A stretch of DNA of 64,000 nucleotides from contig CM060731.1 in assembly GCA_030704615.1 (NCBI GenBank), positions 38,750,001 to 38,814,000 of the forward strand. The letters are read 5' to 3'. The stretch is from Takakia lepidozioides (Eukaryota > Plantae > Bryophyta). The notes beneath the pieces are model-generated. The model did not search any database and was not told the DNA's origin. It saw only the letters and a list, made by a program, of their open reading frames with translations. The position numbers and the translations under genes are program-made. Shown in pieces: positions 11,353 to 24,405 of this stretch (the first letter of the stretch is position 1; every line of letters begins with the position of its first letter).

Positions 11353-14300
11353 TGTCGCGCACCTCACTTCGGTAAGCTCCCCTTCAAGTCATAGTTACTC
11401 GCTTTGATGCGCGCGCCTGACTCCCAACCTGGCCGCCCGGGCCAACTTGGAGCTTCGGCTGCTCACCGGGACATAACGGTCCCCCTTCGCTTCCCTCTAA
11501 ACCCTCCACCTATTTGGGACTAGGGAATTCCCTTTGGTAGATGGCAGTCCGGAACAGCTCCCCACTCTTTGGTCGCTTTCCGGCTCGTTCGCTTACTCAC
11601 TAGTTTTTGGTCACCAACGGGCTTGCACCATTCTCGGGTTACTACTCTACATACTTCTGTAGCTGTCTGTCGCGGGGGTTTCATAACCAGCCATGCCATT
11701 TTATGGCGAACCACCACGAAAACCCTCGACTCCCGGTGATGAGTCGCGGTGAGTCTTGGCCCACTCATCACGGCCCCTATGGACCGCGATGAGTCCCAAG
11801 ACTCCCCACGACTCCCACCACGAGGTCTCCGCCCCCATGGTGAGTCCTATGCCACCCCCACTAAGTCCCACTAAGCTACCACCACCCCTTGTGGAGCCAC
11901 CCCCACCGCAACCCGGTGTGCGGGGCTCCACCTAGTGAGCGCCTCCGCCTCCTCGAGTGCCTTGGGCACTCAAGGGTGCTTCAGCCCCCCATATCTATCG
12001 CTGCTGATGCCCCCACTACAGGGGCAGCCCCTCATGTGTCCCGACCCCCTGCCCTCAAGGCAAAGGGCCGCGACACACACCCCTACCAACAGGGAGTCGA
12101 TGTCCTCATCGACTTGTCCATTTTGTAGAAAAAACATCCAAGTTGTGGCGTCCCACATCAAGGAGTTTGTTTCCGCACCATGGCATCCCATGGCAAGGAA
12201 CCAAACCCCACACTTGACTCTACTCTCCACTAGCTAGTTCGGTCGACTTCCTCCAAGTCCCGGCCAAGGGTGGAGCCTCTCCAGCTCCTCCCAGTGCACT
12301 CTTCTTGGCCTACTTCAAGGCCAAGGAACGATCCTCCCCGAGGATCGAATCGCCTTACTGCAACAACATTGCTTGCGATCGCTCATGATGCCGCTTTTGG
12401 CATCACCTTGAGCAAGGGTTCCCTGGAACCCTCTTTGACTAGGAAGATAACCTTGAACCAACCGTGCGCCCCAATCACTACAATTGGGTCCGCCTTGGAA
12501 TGCTGGCCTGAGGTACGGGAACACGCCGAAGCCGCACTACGACTTCGTCCCGAGGCTACACGATTATAGTACGTGAACGGAAGCACGTAGCTTCTTCCGC
12601 GTTAGCCCGCACTACAAGGCAACCCCCTCGGTAGCGCAGTTATAGTACGCGCACGCGCCAGGTGCGCACTAGCACGTGAACTCCCAAAGAAGTCGCAAGT
12701 TTCCTTGCCCCTTGGATGGGGGTCACCCGATTTCGGCACTCCGCAAACACACGATTAACCCAATTTACCTCTCCCACTTTTATAAGCTAGCATGCATTCT
12801 ACACACTAGCCAACCATACCATGCATCACCATTCCAAACACAATAGGACGCACAACATTTGGAACCCATTTCCTTTATAACAAATTTTTGTACAATACAA
12901 GTTTTTTGATCGGATTCCTAAGCTAGCTAAGCCGGGCTAAGCATGCATTTCCTCCCCCACGCTCCAAGGTTGATGTCCCCATCAACGTTTCTTCCGCTTT
13001 TGAGGTCGCCCTTCGAAACGCTGCAACCGCCTCGGATGCGTTTCCCATTTCTGAGGCACGCACCCAAGATGCCTCCACATGATGATAGCCCTTCCATTTG
13101 ACGAGATACTCCGTTTCTCGGTTCTTGAACCTCCTCGACTTAAGTATTGCCTCCACCTCGTACTCAGGTTCATTTTCATGATCCAACAGCATAGGTGTGG
13201 ACGCAACACTTGATGCCGATTCGGACGCGCTTCATCTTTGAAGTAAGGCTTCAAAAGGGAGACATGGAATACTGGGTGCACCTTGCTGTTTGCCGGCAGC
13301 TCCAATTCATACACATCCTCATTCATAACCTTCCGAATGCGAAAGGGTCCCGCATACGGAGGTACGAACTTCGGACTCACTTCCGGAGGTAGTCGGAAAT
13401 TCTTGATGTTCAACCAGACCTCTGTGCCTGCCTCAAACTTCACTTCCCTCCGCTTCCGATTCGCCTGCCTTTCATACCGTTTCCTAGCTTTGGCAATGTT
13501 GTACTTTGCGAGCTTCAACAAACGCTCGCGTTCTTCCAGTACCGCGGCTACTGCCGGTTCCTCAACGTCCTGGGCGGCCCAACTTGTCGGCACCAGAGGT
13601 GCTTTTCCATAGACCAATACAAAAGGGGAAACTCCCGTTGCGGAGTGTTCTGTGTTATTATAACAGAACTCTGCCGCGTCTAAGTGTTCCACCCAGTCTG
13701 TTTGGTCTGCCGACACGTAATTCCGCAAGAATCTGCTTCACTACGGAATTCACTCTTTCTGTTTGGCCGTCGGTCGTAGGTCGGAAGGCGGTGCTCATCT
13801 TCAGCCTCGTCGCCTCGTCCCCTCTTCTTCCAAAGTGTCCTCCAAAATTTACTCGTAAACTTTGGATCGCGGTCCGAGACAATATCCTTCGGGACTCCAT
13901 GATGCTTTAAGACGTGGGCGAAGTAAAGTCGCCCTGTCTCCTGCGCCGTTGCCGTCTCCTTGGTGGGGATGAAATGGCCCATTTTACTGAACCTATCCAC
14001 CACCACCATGATTGCATCGAATCCTTTTGACAGCGGCATAGCAGTCATGAAATCCATCGAGACGCTTTCCCAAGTCCCCTCTGGAATCGGCAAGGGTTGT
14101 AACAGCCCCGCTTGCTTTTTGTACTCGCTCCGGTTTTGTTGGCATGTGGTGCATGTCTTGACATACTCCTCTGCCTCCTCCCTCAGTTTGGGCCAGAAAT
14201 ACTCTTTCTTCAAGAGTGCCGCAGTGCGCTTGGCTCCGCCGTGGCCCGCAAGCGGGCTATCATGGCATTCTCTCAAGAGGCTATCTCTGATCCCTCCCTT

Positions 14301-17300
14301 TGGCACGTAGAGACGTTTTTGCTTATACCGGAGCAGTCCATTTTGCAAGTGGAACTGCGATTTAACCCCCATCCTCAAGTCCTGCATCACGGACTTCGCC
14401 AGCTCATCCTTCCGGCAAGCCTTCCGGATCTTCCTTTGGAGCGCCGTCTCGCCCTTGTACACCAACAAGAGCTGCTGCTTTCTACTTAAAGCATCGGCCA
14501 CCACGTTGTCCCGTCCCGGTTTGTACTGGATATCCACGTCGAACACCGCCAAAGTATCTTGCCACCTAAGTTGTTTTGGGGACAACTTGGGCTGCGTGGC
14601 AAAATACTTCACCGTGACATTGTCCGTGAACACCTTCACTGGGTTGGAACCAACATAGTGGCGCCAAAGCTCAAGGCAATGCACCACCGCCTTCATCTCT
14701 TTTTCGTGCGTCGGCCACCGTCGCTCCACTTCATTCAGTTTCTTACTTTCGTAAGCCACTGACGTCCATCTTGCATAAGTACACCCCCAATCGCGAAGTC
14801 CGACGCATCTGTATGAATCTCAAACGGACGATCGAACTCCGGGATTTTCAAGACTGGAGCTTCCGCCATCCGCTGCTTCAATTCAGCAAAAGCTTGGCCA
14901 CAAAATGTGTTCCATACCCAGACTTTGGATTTACACAGAAGGTCACAGCGGCCCCGCGATCTTGGCGAAATTTCTCACATACTTCCGGTAATAGGAGGCG
15001 AGTCCTAGGAAGGATCGCACTCCCGGGACCGAAGTCGGAGGCTCCCAGTCCAAGATCGCCCTCACCTTTCTGTCATCCATTTTGATCCCATCCTGTGTAA
15101 TCACATGCCCCAGAACTCCACTTTTGTGACCCCGAATTCGCACTTTGAAGCTTTGGCATACAGCTTCCCTTCCCGCAATTTTTGGAACACCCTTTTGAGG
15201 TGCTCCAGGTGCTCCTCCTTTGTTTTCGAGTACACCAAGATGTCGTCGATGTACACGATCACAATCCAACCACTCCTGAAAAAGGCTGTTCATCAGCGTG
15301 CTAAAGGTCGCTGGTGCATTGGTGAGCCCAAAAGGCATCACCAAGAACTCATATGAACCATACCTTGTCCTGCACGCGGTCTTCTCCTCATCTCCTTCCG
15401 CCACCCGAATTTGATGATAGCCGGAGCGCAAGTCGATCCGGCTGAAATACTTCGCTCCTGCCAACCGATCGAAGAGGTCGTCGATCCTTGGCAAAGGTAC
15501 CGGTTTTTGATAGTCACCTTATTCAGAGCCCTGTAATCGACACACATCCGCAGCGTCCCATCCTTCTTGTCTGCAAATAGCACCGGGGCTCCGTAAGGTG
15601 ACTTACTCGGCCGGATGTACCCCTTTGACATTAGATCCTTGAGCTGAGTCTTCAGCTCGACCAACTCTCTGTGGCTCAACCGGTAGGGCGCCTTGGCAGG
15701 CGGTTCCGATCCCGGTATCACCACCTCAATCTTGTGGTCAACTCCTCTTCGCGGTGGCAAGCCGCTTGGTAAATCCTCCGGCATCACATCCTGGTATTTC
15801 TCCAAAATCCCCTTGATCCAATCTGGGCTCGGCTCCCCATCGCCTTCTCCCTTCACTTCTCTAATGTAAAGCAAAACTGGGGCTCGTGTGCCTCCTCCAC
15901 GGCCCACTCCTTTGCTGACAGAAGGTTTATTCGCCCTCCCACGGATTTGGGCGTTTCCGACACTCGTAAGACCTCGCCACCATTCCCACATGGCAGCGTG
16001 ACTACTCTCTTGCGGCCATCTATGACCGCTCCGGATTTGCTCAAAAAGGTCATCCCCAAAATGAGATCCACTCCATCGATCTCGCAGATGGTGAAGTTCT
16101 CACGTCCCTCCCAACTCCCCAGTTGAAGAGGAACATCAAACGCCAACCTTGTCGCCAACTGTGGTTCTCCTTTGGCAGAACGCACCTCAATAGAGGCCCC
16201 CACGTCACTTGTCGGGAGTCCCAGCTTTTGTGCCGCCGCCGGTGTCATGAAGGAGTGCGACGCTCCTGTGTCCACCAACAACGACACATTAGTTCCGGAT
16301 ATTATCCCATCCACGAACAATAACTGACTCCCTTTACGCAGGGCGCCAGTTTCCTGATACAACTCACAAGAATATTGCCTACCTTGCAAGTCCTGGCGAC
16401 CACCGCTTCCACCAAGCGACTGATGGTATCTTCCGACAGCTCCGTGGTCGCCCGAGTCATGTTCAATTGCCGGGGCTTCGTGCACTTCTTGGCCATGTGC
16501 CCGGGCTCCCCGCAATTGAAACACACTCCATCAAAGGTCGCCTTCTGTCCGCCATAAGCCGCTCCACCCGCTTTTCCTTTCGAAGCACCGGGTGCCGCCT
16601 TGACGTGTGAAGGCCCTCCCTTCGATTTCCACGTGCCATTTTCGCCGCGTGGCCTATCCCACTTCTTTTCCGGTCGGAAGGAGTCACCTTCCCGCCGGGT
16701 CTTCTTGTGGTTCAGCTCCGTACGGCCTTGTCTTTCACCCCTAGGGACATCCGAGAAACATTCAGCCCTCTCAATTGCCTCGTTCAAAGTCTTGGTGGCT
16801 TCTCTCTCTCCTCCAACTTCCGCCTGGCCCATGGGGCCAGTCCCGCCACAAAGTTGAAGACCATTTCTGGTTCTGCCATGTCCGCGACTTCGAGCAACAG
16901 CACATTGAAAGCCTGGACATACCCCGAATGTCATCTGTTTGCTTCAAATTCCTCATCTTGTCCCGGGCAAGCCAGGACGCGTTGAGGGGCACAAACTGTC
17001 TCTTCATCAATTCCTTGAACCCACTCCAGTTCAAGGTTTCCGGGCTTGGGCCTCGGTCGTGAAGGCGTTTCTGCCACCATTGTTGAGCATAGCCCCTCAA
17101 ATAGGTGGGAGCCACTTCCACCGATCCTCGTCACTCAACTTGGCCGCCCGGAAGTACTGCTCTAGCTCCAGGAGCCAGGTGTTGAGTGCCTTCCGATTTC
17201 GAACGCCCTCGAAGGTGCCGGGTTCCTTAGGCTTCACCTTAAACTTTGCCTTAGTGGAAGTGGCATTAGCCGCCTTCAACACGTCTTTCAACGTCCCGCC

Positions 17301-18320
17301 AAACTGCGCCAACAACCCTTCCCAAAAGCTGCCGGCATGGGAGGCATCTCTTGGTTTGTCGGAGCTCTCAAGGATTCCTGGGCTCCGACTCCTCGGATTC
17401 CTCCCGCTCTTGAGCGGCCTCGTTTTCGGAAACATTCATCGCTTCCTCAAACGGCCGCCTCGGTGACACGTCGCCCCCATCGGGCTCACCAGGATCATCA
17501 TCTTTTGGGCCGTTCCGCTTTCGCTTTGGCTTGCCCGACCCCATGATGAGGCCAATCCCAAGGACGATCGCGTACTGAACTCTAAGCTCTGATACCAAGT
17601 GTCGCGCACCTCACTTCGGTAAGCTCCCCTTCAAGTCATAGTTACTCGCTTTGATGCGCGCGCCTGACTCCCAACCTGGCCGCCGGCCAACTTGGAGCTT
17701 CGGCTGCTCACCGGGACATAACGGTCCCCTTTCGCTTCCCTCTAACCCTCCACCTATTTGGGACTAGGAGAATTCCCTTTGGTAGATGGCAGTCCGGAAC
17801 AGCTCCCCACTCTTTGGTCGCTTTCCGGCTCGCTCGCTTACTCACTAGTTTTTGGTCACCAACGGGCTTGCACCGTTCTCGGGTTACTACTCCCTATATA
17901 TACTTCTGTAGCTGTCCGCGGGGGTTTCATAACCAGCCATGCCATTTTATGGCGAACCACCACGAAAACCCTCGACTCCCGGTGATGAGTCGCGGTGAGT
18001 CTTGGCCCACTCACCACGGCCCCTATGGACCGTGATGAGTCCCAAGACTCCCCACGACTCCCACCACGAGGTCTCCGCCCCCATGGTGAGTCCTATGCCA
18101 CCCCCACTAAGTCCCGCTAAGCTACCACCACCCCTTGTGGAGCCACCCCCATCGCAACCCGGTGTGCGGGGCTCCACCTAGTGAGCGCCTCCGCCTCCTT
18201 GAGTGCCTTGGGCACTCAAGGGTGCTTCAGCCCCCATATCTATCGCTGCCGCTGCCCCCACCACAGGGGCAGCCCCTCATGTGTCCCGACCCCCTGCCCT
18301 CAAGGCAAAGGGCCGCGACA
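11353..18320 (-). mobile_element. full-length Ty3/gypsy chromovirus copy 3 (Galadriel-like; LTRs 11353-12075 and 17600-18320)
   Basis: Paired LTRs; TSD CGTGT at 11348-11352 and 18321-18325; PBS TGGTATCAGAGC at 17586-17597; PPT at 12076-12087; domain order gag-PR-RT-RH-INT-chromo. Confidence 0.97.
12982..17544 (-). pseudogene. gag-pol polyprotein of copy 3, fragmented by multiple small frameshifts
   Basis: Zn knuckle CFNCGEPGHMAKKC; protease LLVDTGASHSF; [41 protein letters not shown]; RNaseH AYESKKLNEVERRWPTHEKEMKAVVHCL; integrase HHCC, DDE and GPF; chromodomain. Confidence 0.93.
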
Positions 18321-18325
18321 CGTGT

Positions 18326-19185
18326 TCAATCCCTGAGGCATCCTCCTTTCTCCTTGGAACTTGAGCTTGCGGACAATGTCGAGGATGCATTTTACGAGCG
18401 TCGGTCGATGGTCCGAACGGACTTGCATTATGCGGGGTCTTTACTCAATCTATTCTGCTCGACAATACCATGTTCCGAGACGACGCTAATGCCAAGGTCG
18501 TCCCCGTACGAGTGCTCATGCGATTGACTCCTTTGAACATGGCAGATAGAGCTATATCCGAGTACCAATGCTTTTCAGATCGCCACGACCCTTTCGAGGA
18601 CATGCCGGATCCGAAAGAGCGGAACATGTTGCCACATGAATGGTGGGATTTGATTGGAGCTGGAGCAAGAACATTGACTCCCATTGCGAAGCATATTCTT
18701 GCCCAAGTGTGCTCTGCCTCATCTTGCGAACGCAATTGGAGCAGTTACTCATTGTTCACAACAAGATTCGCAACAAGTTGAATCCCGCGAGGGCTGACAA
18801 ATTGGTATATGTGTATACCAATTGCCAACTGTTACGTAAGATGACAGCGGATGATGCTGCAACATGGTATGAAAAGAACTTGCATTCCGAAGACTATGCT
18901 TTTGAGGCAGATTCGATGAGTGACGATATTGCGTCTCTGAGGGACTCATCTGCCTCCGATAGTGGAGATGGGTCTGATGATGCTCCCAACAATGAGTATG
19001 ACCCGTTTACGTTCACAGAGGACGATGCTTATATCCACCCTACCTTTGATGACCTTCTTGACGAAGTACGTATCGTAGATGAGGGTCAAGCTACAATTGT
19101 GTCCTCCCCAGAACGTGGTCTTCAAAATGAAGTCGGGGTCTACTCTCGCCCCCCCGTACACTCTGAAGCCACCGGTAGTGGCTGA
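18326..19185 (+). pseudogene. hAT transposase, C-terminal part including the dimerisation domain
   Basis: TDLHYAGSLLN; PHEWWDLIG..LTPIAKHILAQVCSASSCERNWS; HNKIRNKLNPARADKLVYVYTN. Joins in frame to 11352 (MQNLEKR|VQSLRHPPF) once copy 3 and one TSD are removed. Confidence 0.92.
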
Positions 19186-19611
19186 ATGGAGCTCAAGGGT
19201 GATGAACTACCACGACCGAGCGACGTACGCAATCCTGTTCATACAAACGATGTTGCCGAACCCATTGTACAGTCGACGGGACGGGAACATGCCTCACCGA
19301 TACGACCAGCTCCACCACAATCCAAAAATCGATGCAGCTCCCCATCAAGACAGCGGGCATTAAGGAGCAATAGGGTTGATCTGTTTTTAACACGCACGCA
19401 TCATTCTGCTGCATTGGACCGGGCAGAAGTTGAAGTCTCGGATGATGACAACTTGCCACTACAAAAGTTGCGATGGTCATTTGGTTATTTAAGGATTTCT
19501 TTACACATGTGTGGATCTGTTTCAGGTGGAGAACATCGACAGATTGGAAAAAGTGGACATGAAGAAGCATTGCATTACGAAGCAGGAGACACTACAAACA
19601 GAGCTTCAAAA

Positions 19612-19990
19612 GGCATACCATGTAATAGGTCCCGGTCTTATATGAGACGAAACAAAATTCATTCAATGGGCAATCGAATGATAACTGGTTGGGCATCCAA
19701 ATGATTTTCGTTTGCTTTCAAACTTTGCCACTATGTTCAACATACCATGTATCAGGTCCCGGACTAATATGAGATGAAACAAAATTCATTCGATGGCTGA
19801 TCGGATGGTTTTCCGTCGTCATTAGACATATGGTTCAAAAACGGAATAGAAAAAAAATCACGTGCACGCGAAACGCCGTCCAACAGGTCCAGAGCAGGAT
19901 CAAAAGAAATTCATCCAACGGTGAATTTGGAATTGGTTCGCTTTGAGACTTTCCTAGTGTGTTCAATGTACCATCCAAGAGGTCCCAGAG
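19612..19990 (-). repeat. 2-3 degenerate inverted copies of the ~120-bp repeat
   Basis: ATCCAAATGATTTTCGTTTGCTTTCAAACTTTGCCACTATGTTCAACATACCATG is the reverse complement of the 3091-5135 unit. Confidence 0.85.
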
Positions 19991-20163
19991 TCTCGTGTTA
20001 TTCAGCTGTCCAATCTTGCAAACTTGTCACTCGAACTTTTACCATTTTCGGCATCAGACTCCCCAGCCAAATCCTGAGCTCGTCTTTGCTATTCCGAGGA
20101 TATGTGATTGAATGCCCACCCCATCCTCCCTATTGCCAATTAGGGATTTCAGTGGGAGGCTGA

Positions 20164-21419
20164 AATCGGCGCCGATTATCCATGTCAATGAACTGTTGCT
20201 TGCAGGGTGACTTCGATCCTCACAAGTCATTCTTGTTAGGCTAAATATATGGAGGACAATTGTTAGCATACTCTTATAGCGTTATTGAGTCTTAGTACAT
20301 CTGTCAGGGAAATCGCCGCCGACTTTCCGTTTGTAATGGAAGAACATGGAAATTTTCTTTATTTGTCCTTCAATCCTTGACCGCTAGGGACAGTCTGTTT
20401 GATGTTTGCAGACAAATGAAACCTCCAATTTCTTTCCCTTGGTACATTTAGAAATCGGCACCGAATTCCACATTCCCCTGTGACGTTGGGGTGGGCTAAA
20501 CTTTATATTGATTGTGGGCAATTTGTGATACACTTTGAATTGGTCGCCTAATTCTGACATCTGACTTCATGTCACTCCCATTCACTGAAAGCCATTCTTA
20601 AATGCATGTGGCCCATATATGCCATTGTGTACTTGGCTGACAATGCACCACATGCGAAGCTCACATGCCGATGAGTGTTCAGGTTTCAGAATTCGGCGCC
20701 GACTTACCATTACACGACACTTCCGCCCACCTTTTTGCGAGCTTCGGTGAGTTCATATCAAGTTCTTAGAATCTTCTCTGAATTAAAAGGTGTTTGGTTT
20801 CGTTGAGGGCTAATCGGCGCCGACTTTTCTATACGAATATATAAACTTTGTTCTATCGGAACTTCTCACATCCAAACTCTCATTCACTGCCAGAGAATGT
20901 CTGTTTCTTTTTTTTGTTACGTAAATAATCTGGGCATGGGTCCAGTGATATATTGCTCCAAAACCCATAGATGAACCCACCCAAGGGCCAGCAACTAGAT
21001 AAAAGGACCCAAGATAAGAGGAAGGTACTCTTAACTTCCAAAGAAGGCATTCTTTCCATTCTTTCATAAGCAGGTTCCCTGTTAGGGAGGGGGGTTGTAC
21101 ATTAAGTCTGGAGTCACAATGCATTGATTTGAAGATATAGAAAAAAGCTCTTGATTCTTTAATTGGAAATGGTAAATCCCATCATGTTGGGATTTGGGAT
21201 GATTTTCAAGGCTTTCATGGTTGACATTTTTCCAGATTGTTTCCAAGTATGGGACCTTTGACTTCTAAAGCTAGAGGAGTTGATGTGTGCTAAGAGTCTT
21301 GGTCTCTTCAATGGCCTTATCAACTCACTATTTCCCTTGGGTCTTATAGGACCCACCCCCAAAAGGAGGCAGTAGCGGGAAGGTGAAGTGGCTCTTAGTT
21401 ACGCCACTTTGGCTGGCAT

Positions 21420-21468
<49 letters not shown>

Positions 21469-23535
21469 GGGATCTGTCTACCCTCATTGGAGTATTTGCT
21501 ATTGGTGCAATCTGTTGTGTTGTGAAATGGTTGCATAAGGCCAGGCTGATGCTCCAGTTGCTTGGGCAGGCAAATTTCTCTTTAAATGTTTTTTGAGTTA
21601 TTCACTTGAAGGGCTTGTTGCTCCACTCCAATTTCGGCATGTCCAAAGCCACCAGCTATGGTAATTGGTCCTCCCCACAAACTGAATGGTACTAAAATGG
21701 AAGGACACACTAATGCGATTGCTCTTACCAGATCACAGATATGGTGCTAGTGGAGTTCCCAGGTTCAATGAGTTGCCTACCCTCTAAAAGACAGGGTTTG
21801 GAGAGACCCATTTAACTATTGTTCTGGGACCTGAGAATACATTTGAAAGAAGCTGTAGATGTGGTCTCTGCCCCCAAGGTTGAAGAAGTATAAGATTGGG
21901 TTATCAAGTGCAGCAGCACTTGCAGTGATTTCACTTATAGTAGATGCTCATTGTGTAAGAGTTGATTAATTTTAAATGTCATCTTCAACAGTTCATTTTT
22001 TCGTCGTCATTTATCTGACATGCCACGTCATGTCACGTTCAAAGTTGCCATGCACTGGCTGCGAACGTCACGTGTATATTGCCAATATCTGACATTCAAT
22101 AGTTGCCACATGAGTTTGCATAGGCAAACTTGACAATCCCACGGCCACAGCCAATGTGGTTGTCTACCAAGCTTCTATGACAATCCTGCCAAACAGGATT
22201 TTTCAAATACAACGGCTATGTTCGTCCCAGCAGGTGGACGTTGGAAGCAAAAGTCGAAATAAATCAGTCCTCCGCTCTTGCTTCCGGGCATGATTGTCTC
22301 TGAATGTTCGTCCCGCTCTGCCCCTATTTTCTTCAATTCCCAAATTAGTAGTAGGATGTCTTTATGCGACAGGCCCTCATGCATTCGGCGAACAAGTTGC
22401 CGACGTTCGCAATGGCGACAACCACAGATGGGAGACATTGTGGTAGAGTTGCAATTTACCATCGCAGGCAATACTCGCAGTGTCTCCCCGTTTCGAGCAG
22501 TTCTCTGCGACTTGCAATGGCTCAGACCGACAAGAGGAAGACAGAGGATCCTGGTTGTGAGGGATCGAGATGGTCAACGCCATGCTCGGCTCTTCCTCAT
22601 GACCTGTTGTTGTGGCGAATTGGTGGCATCCTACACCCATTCCTACACTGCACCTCCACAATATTATCTCCCTGATCGAATTCATCAGTTGCTCTTGCAC
22701 TCATTTGGGCCGGGAAATATCTTGCTGACTTTAACGCAGAATCGAAACAGGTTTTAGGTTGATGCACGGCAGTTCGACGGCAATGTAGAGCACCTACCTC
22801 CCGACCTGCACCAATATCTACAAGTCTTCACCAACCTCATGAATATAGACGTGTTATACCTTCATGTTCGTCATCTTGATCCAGCAATGAACAATGGGAT
22901 GTGGAGGGCAGACTCGCCACTCCTCATTCTTGACATGTTTTTAGAGGATTCGCAGGTTCGTGCCGTGGATGTGAACACAAGAAGATAATGGATGTTTACT
23001 TTTTTCTGATCTTGTCTTGCCACTTTGCTTCAAGCACTTAGTTTGAAGTCTGAAGTACAGCGTGTGCTTCTATGGGCTTTCGTGCCAAATTATTTCAGTC
23101 TAGCCAAAGTTCTTCCCAGAGTAACTTGTGCTCATATTTCTACAAAAAATATCTGCTTTACTTCCGCTTTGGAGACGCTGCAGCTCCTAACAGTCATTGT
23201 GACGTATCATTTGACATATATTCTTTTGAAAACAAATGTTTGTGTTCCACTCGCATCATGGTTCAGTGAGCAAAATTTCAGTCCCCCATGGTCTTCCCAT
23301 TTGAATCCCACACAGATTGTTTTTGGATAATGCTGCAATGGGAAATCGGCGCCGACTTGGCCCCAATTGCCAAAAAAATGCGACAGCCCATATTTTTAGG
23401 GTTTGCTTCGTGCTCCTTTTCTCCGCACTTTCAGCTTCACTTGCTGAAAGTTTCATTTTCCGTTTTCATTTTCTTTTCCTGCTGCATTTATTTGTACTTT
23501 GCAGGGGTGGATGGGTAATTCGGCGCCGATTTACA
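20164..23535. repeat. dispersed palindromic motif (A/T)TCGGCGCCGA, ~7 copies in two clusters; probable DNA-transposon subterminal repeats
   Basis: Copies near 20164 (perfect AATCGGCGCCGATT), 20311, 20453, 20691, 20812, 23344 and 23519. Confidence 0.55.
21424..21465. repeat. (CT)n microsatellite
   Basis: About 21 TC units. Confidence 0.95.
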
Positions 23536-23672
23536 CCCAGAATGTGCATATTTACACCCCGTGGAATTAGGCGGTGTAGTTTGTAATTCCGTCGAATGTG
23601 TGAATATACCCCTTCGATTCTCTTTTGCTCATGCTCATGGCCGGTTTGCTCACCGCTCATGAGAAAACAATC

Positions 23673-24405
23673 CCCAGTCATGGCGGTCGCTCTATTTATA
23701 AAAATAAAAATAAAACGACCGCCATTACTGGCGGTCGCTCTATTTATAAAAATAAAAATAAAACGACCGCCATTACTGGCGGTCGCTCTATTTTGAAATA
23801 AATAATAAATAAAAGCAACCGCCACTAATGGCGGTCGCTGCATTTGAAAAAAAACAAAAATATACAAGCGACCGCTGTTACAGGCGGTCGATCTATGCAA
23901 AAAAATAAAAATTAATAGCGACCGTCGTTACTGGCGGTTGTTGCATTTAAAAAAAAAAAAAAAATAACGACCGCCATTACTGGTAGTCGCTCTATTCAAA
24001 AACAAATAAAAATAAAAGTGATCGCCAGTAATGGCGGTCGATGAATTTAAAAAACTAAAAAAAAAAAACGACAGCCGGTAACGGCGGTCGCTCTATTTAG
24101 AAAAATAAAAAATAAAATTCTGCGTTTAAAATAAATAAAATTTTCCAAGCAATAAAACAAGCAAAAACAAAAAAATTAAAGCGACCGCGAGTAATGGCGG
24201 TCGCTGCGTTTACAGAAAATAAAAAGAAAAAACGTCCGCTTCATTTACAAAACAAATTAAATGGAAGCGACAGCCACTGACGGTCGCTCCATTCAAATAA
24301 TAATATAATTGCAAGGGACCGCCGATTCTTTTAATATAATCGAATATTTGGGAGCGACGGTCGCTCCATTTTCAAGCAAAAAAAACCAATTCCATGCGAC
24401 CGCCA
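23673..24405. repeat. array of ~24-bp palindromes GCGACCGCCATTACTGGCGGTCGC with A-rich spacers (~50-bp period, 11+ copies)
   Basis: Directly visible in the sequence; resembles CACTA subterminal repeats. Confidence 0.88.

Noticed and set aside
12270-12569. 99-aa antisense ORF identical in copies 1 and 3
   Set aside because: It has a GTG start, is frameshifted in copy 2 and has no recognisable motif. The identity reflects recent copying.
17960-18075. Hammerhead ribozyme in the LTR (TGATGAGTC and CGAAA words)
   Set aside because: The core reads GTGATGA rather than CTGATGA, no GAAA closes stem II at the right place, and the words lie on the antisense strand.
19950-19960. TTTCCTAGTG as the right CACTA end matching 1654
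   Set aside because: It aligns as part of a degenerate inverted 120-bp unit, and the flank gives no 3-bp TSD match.
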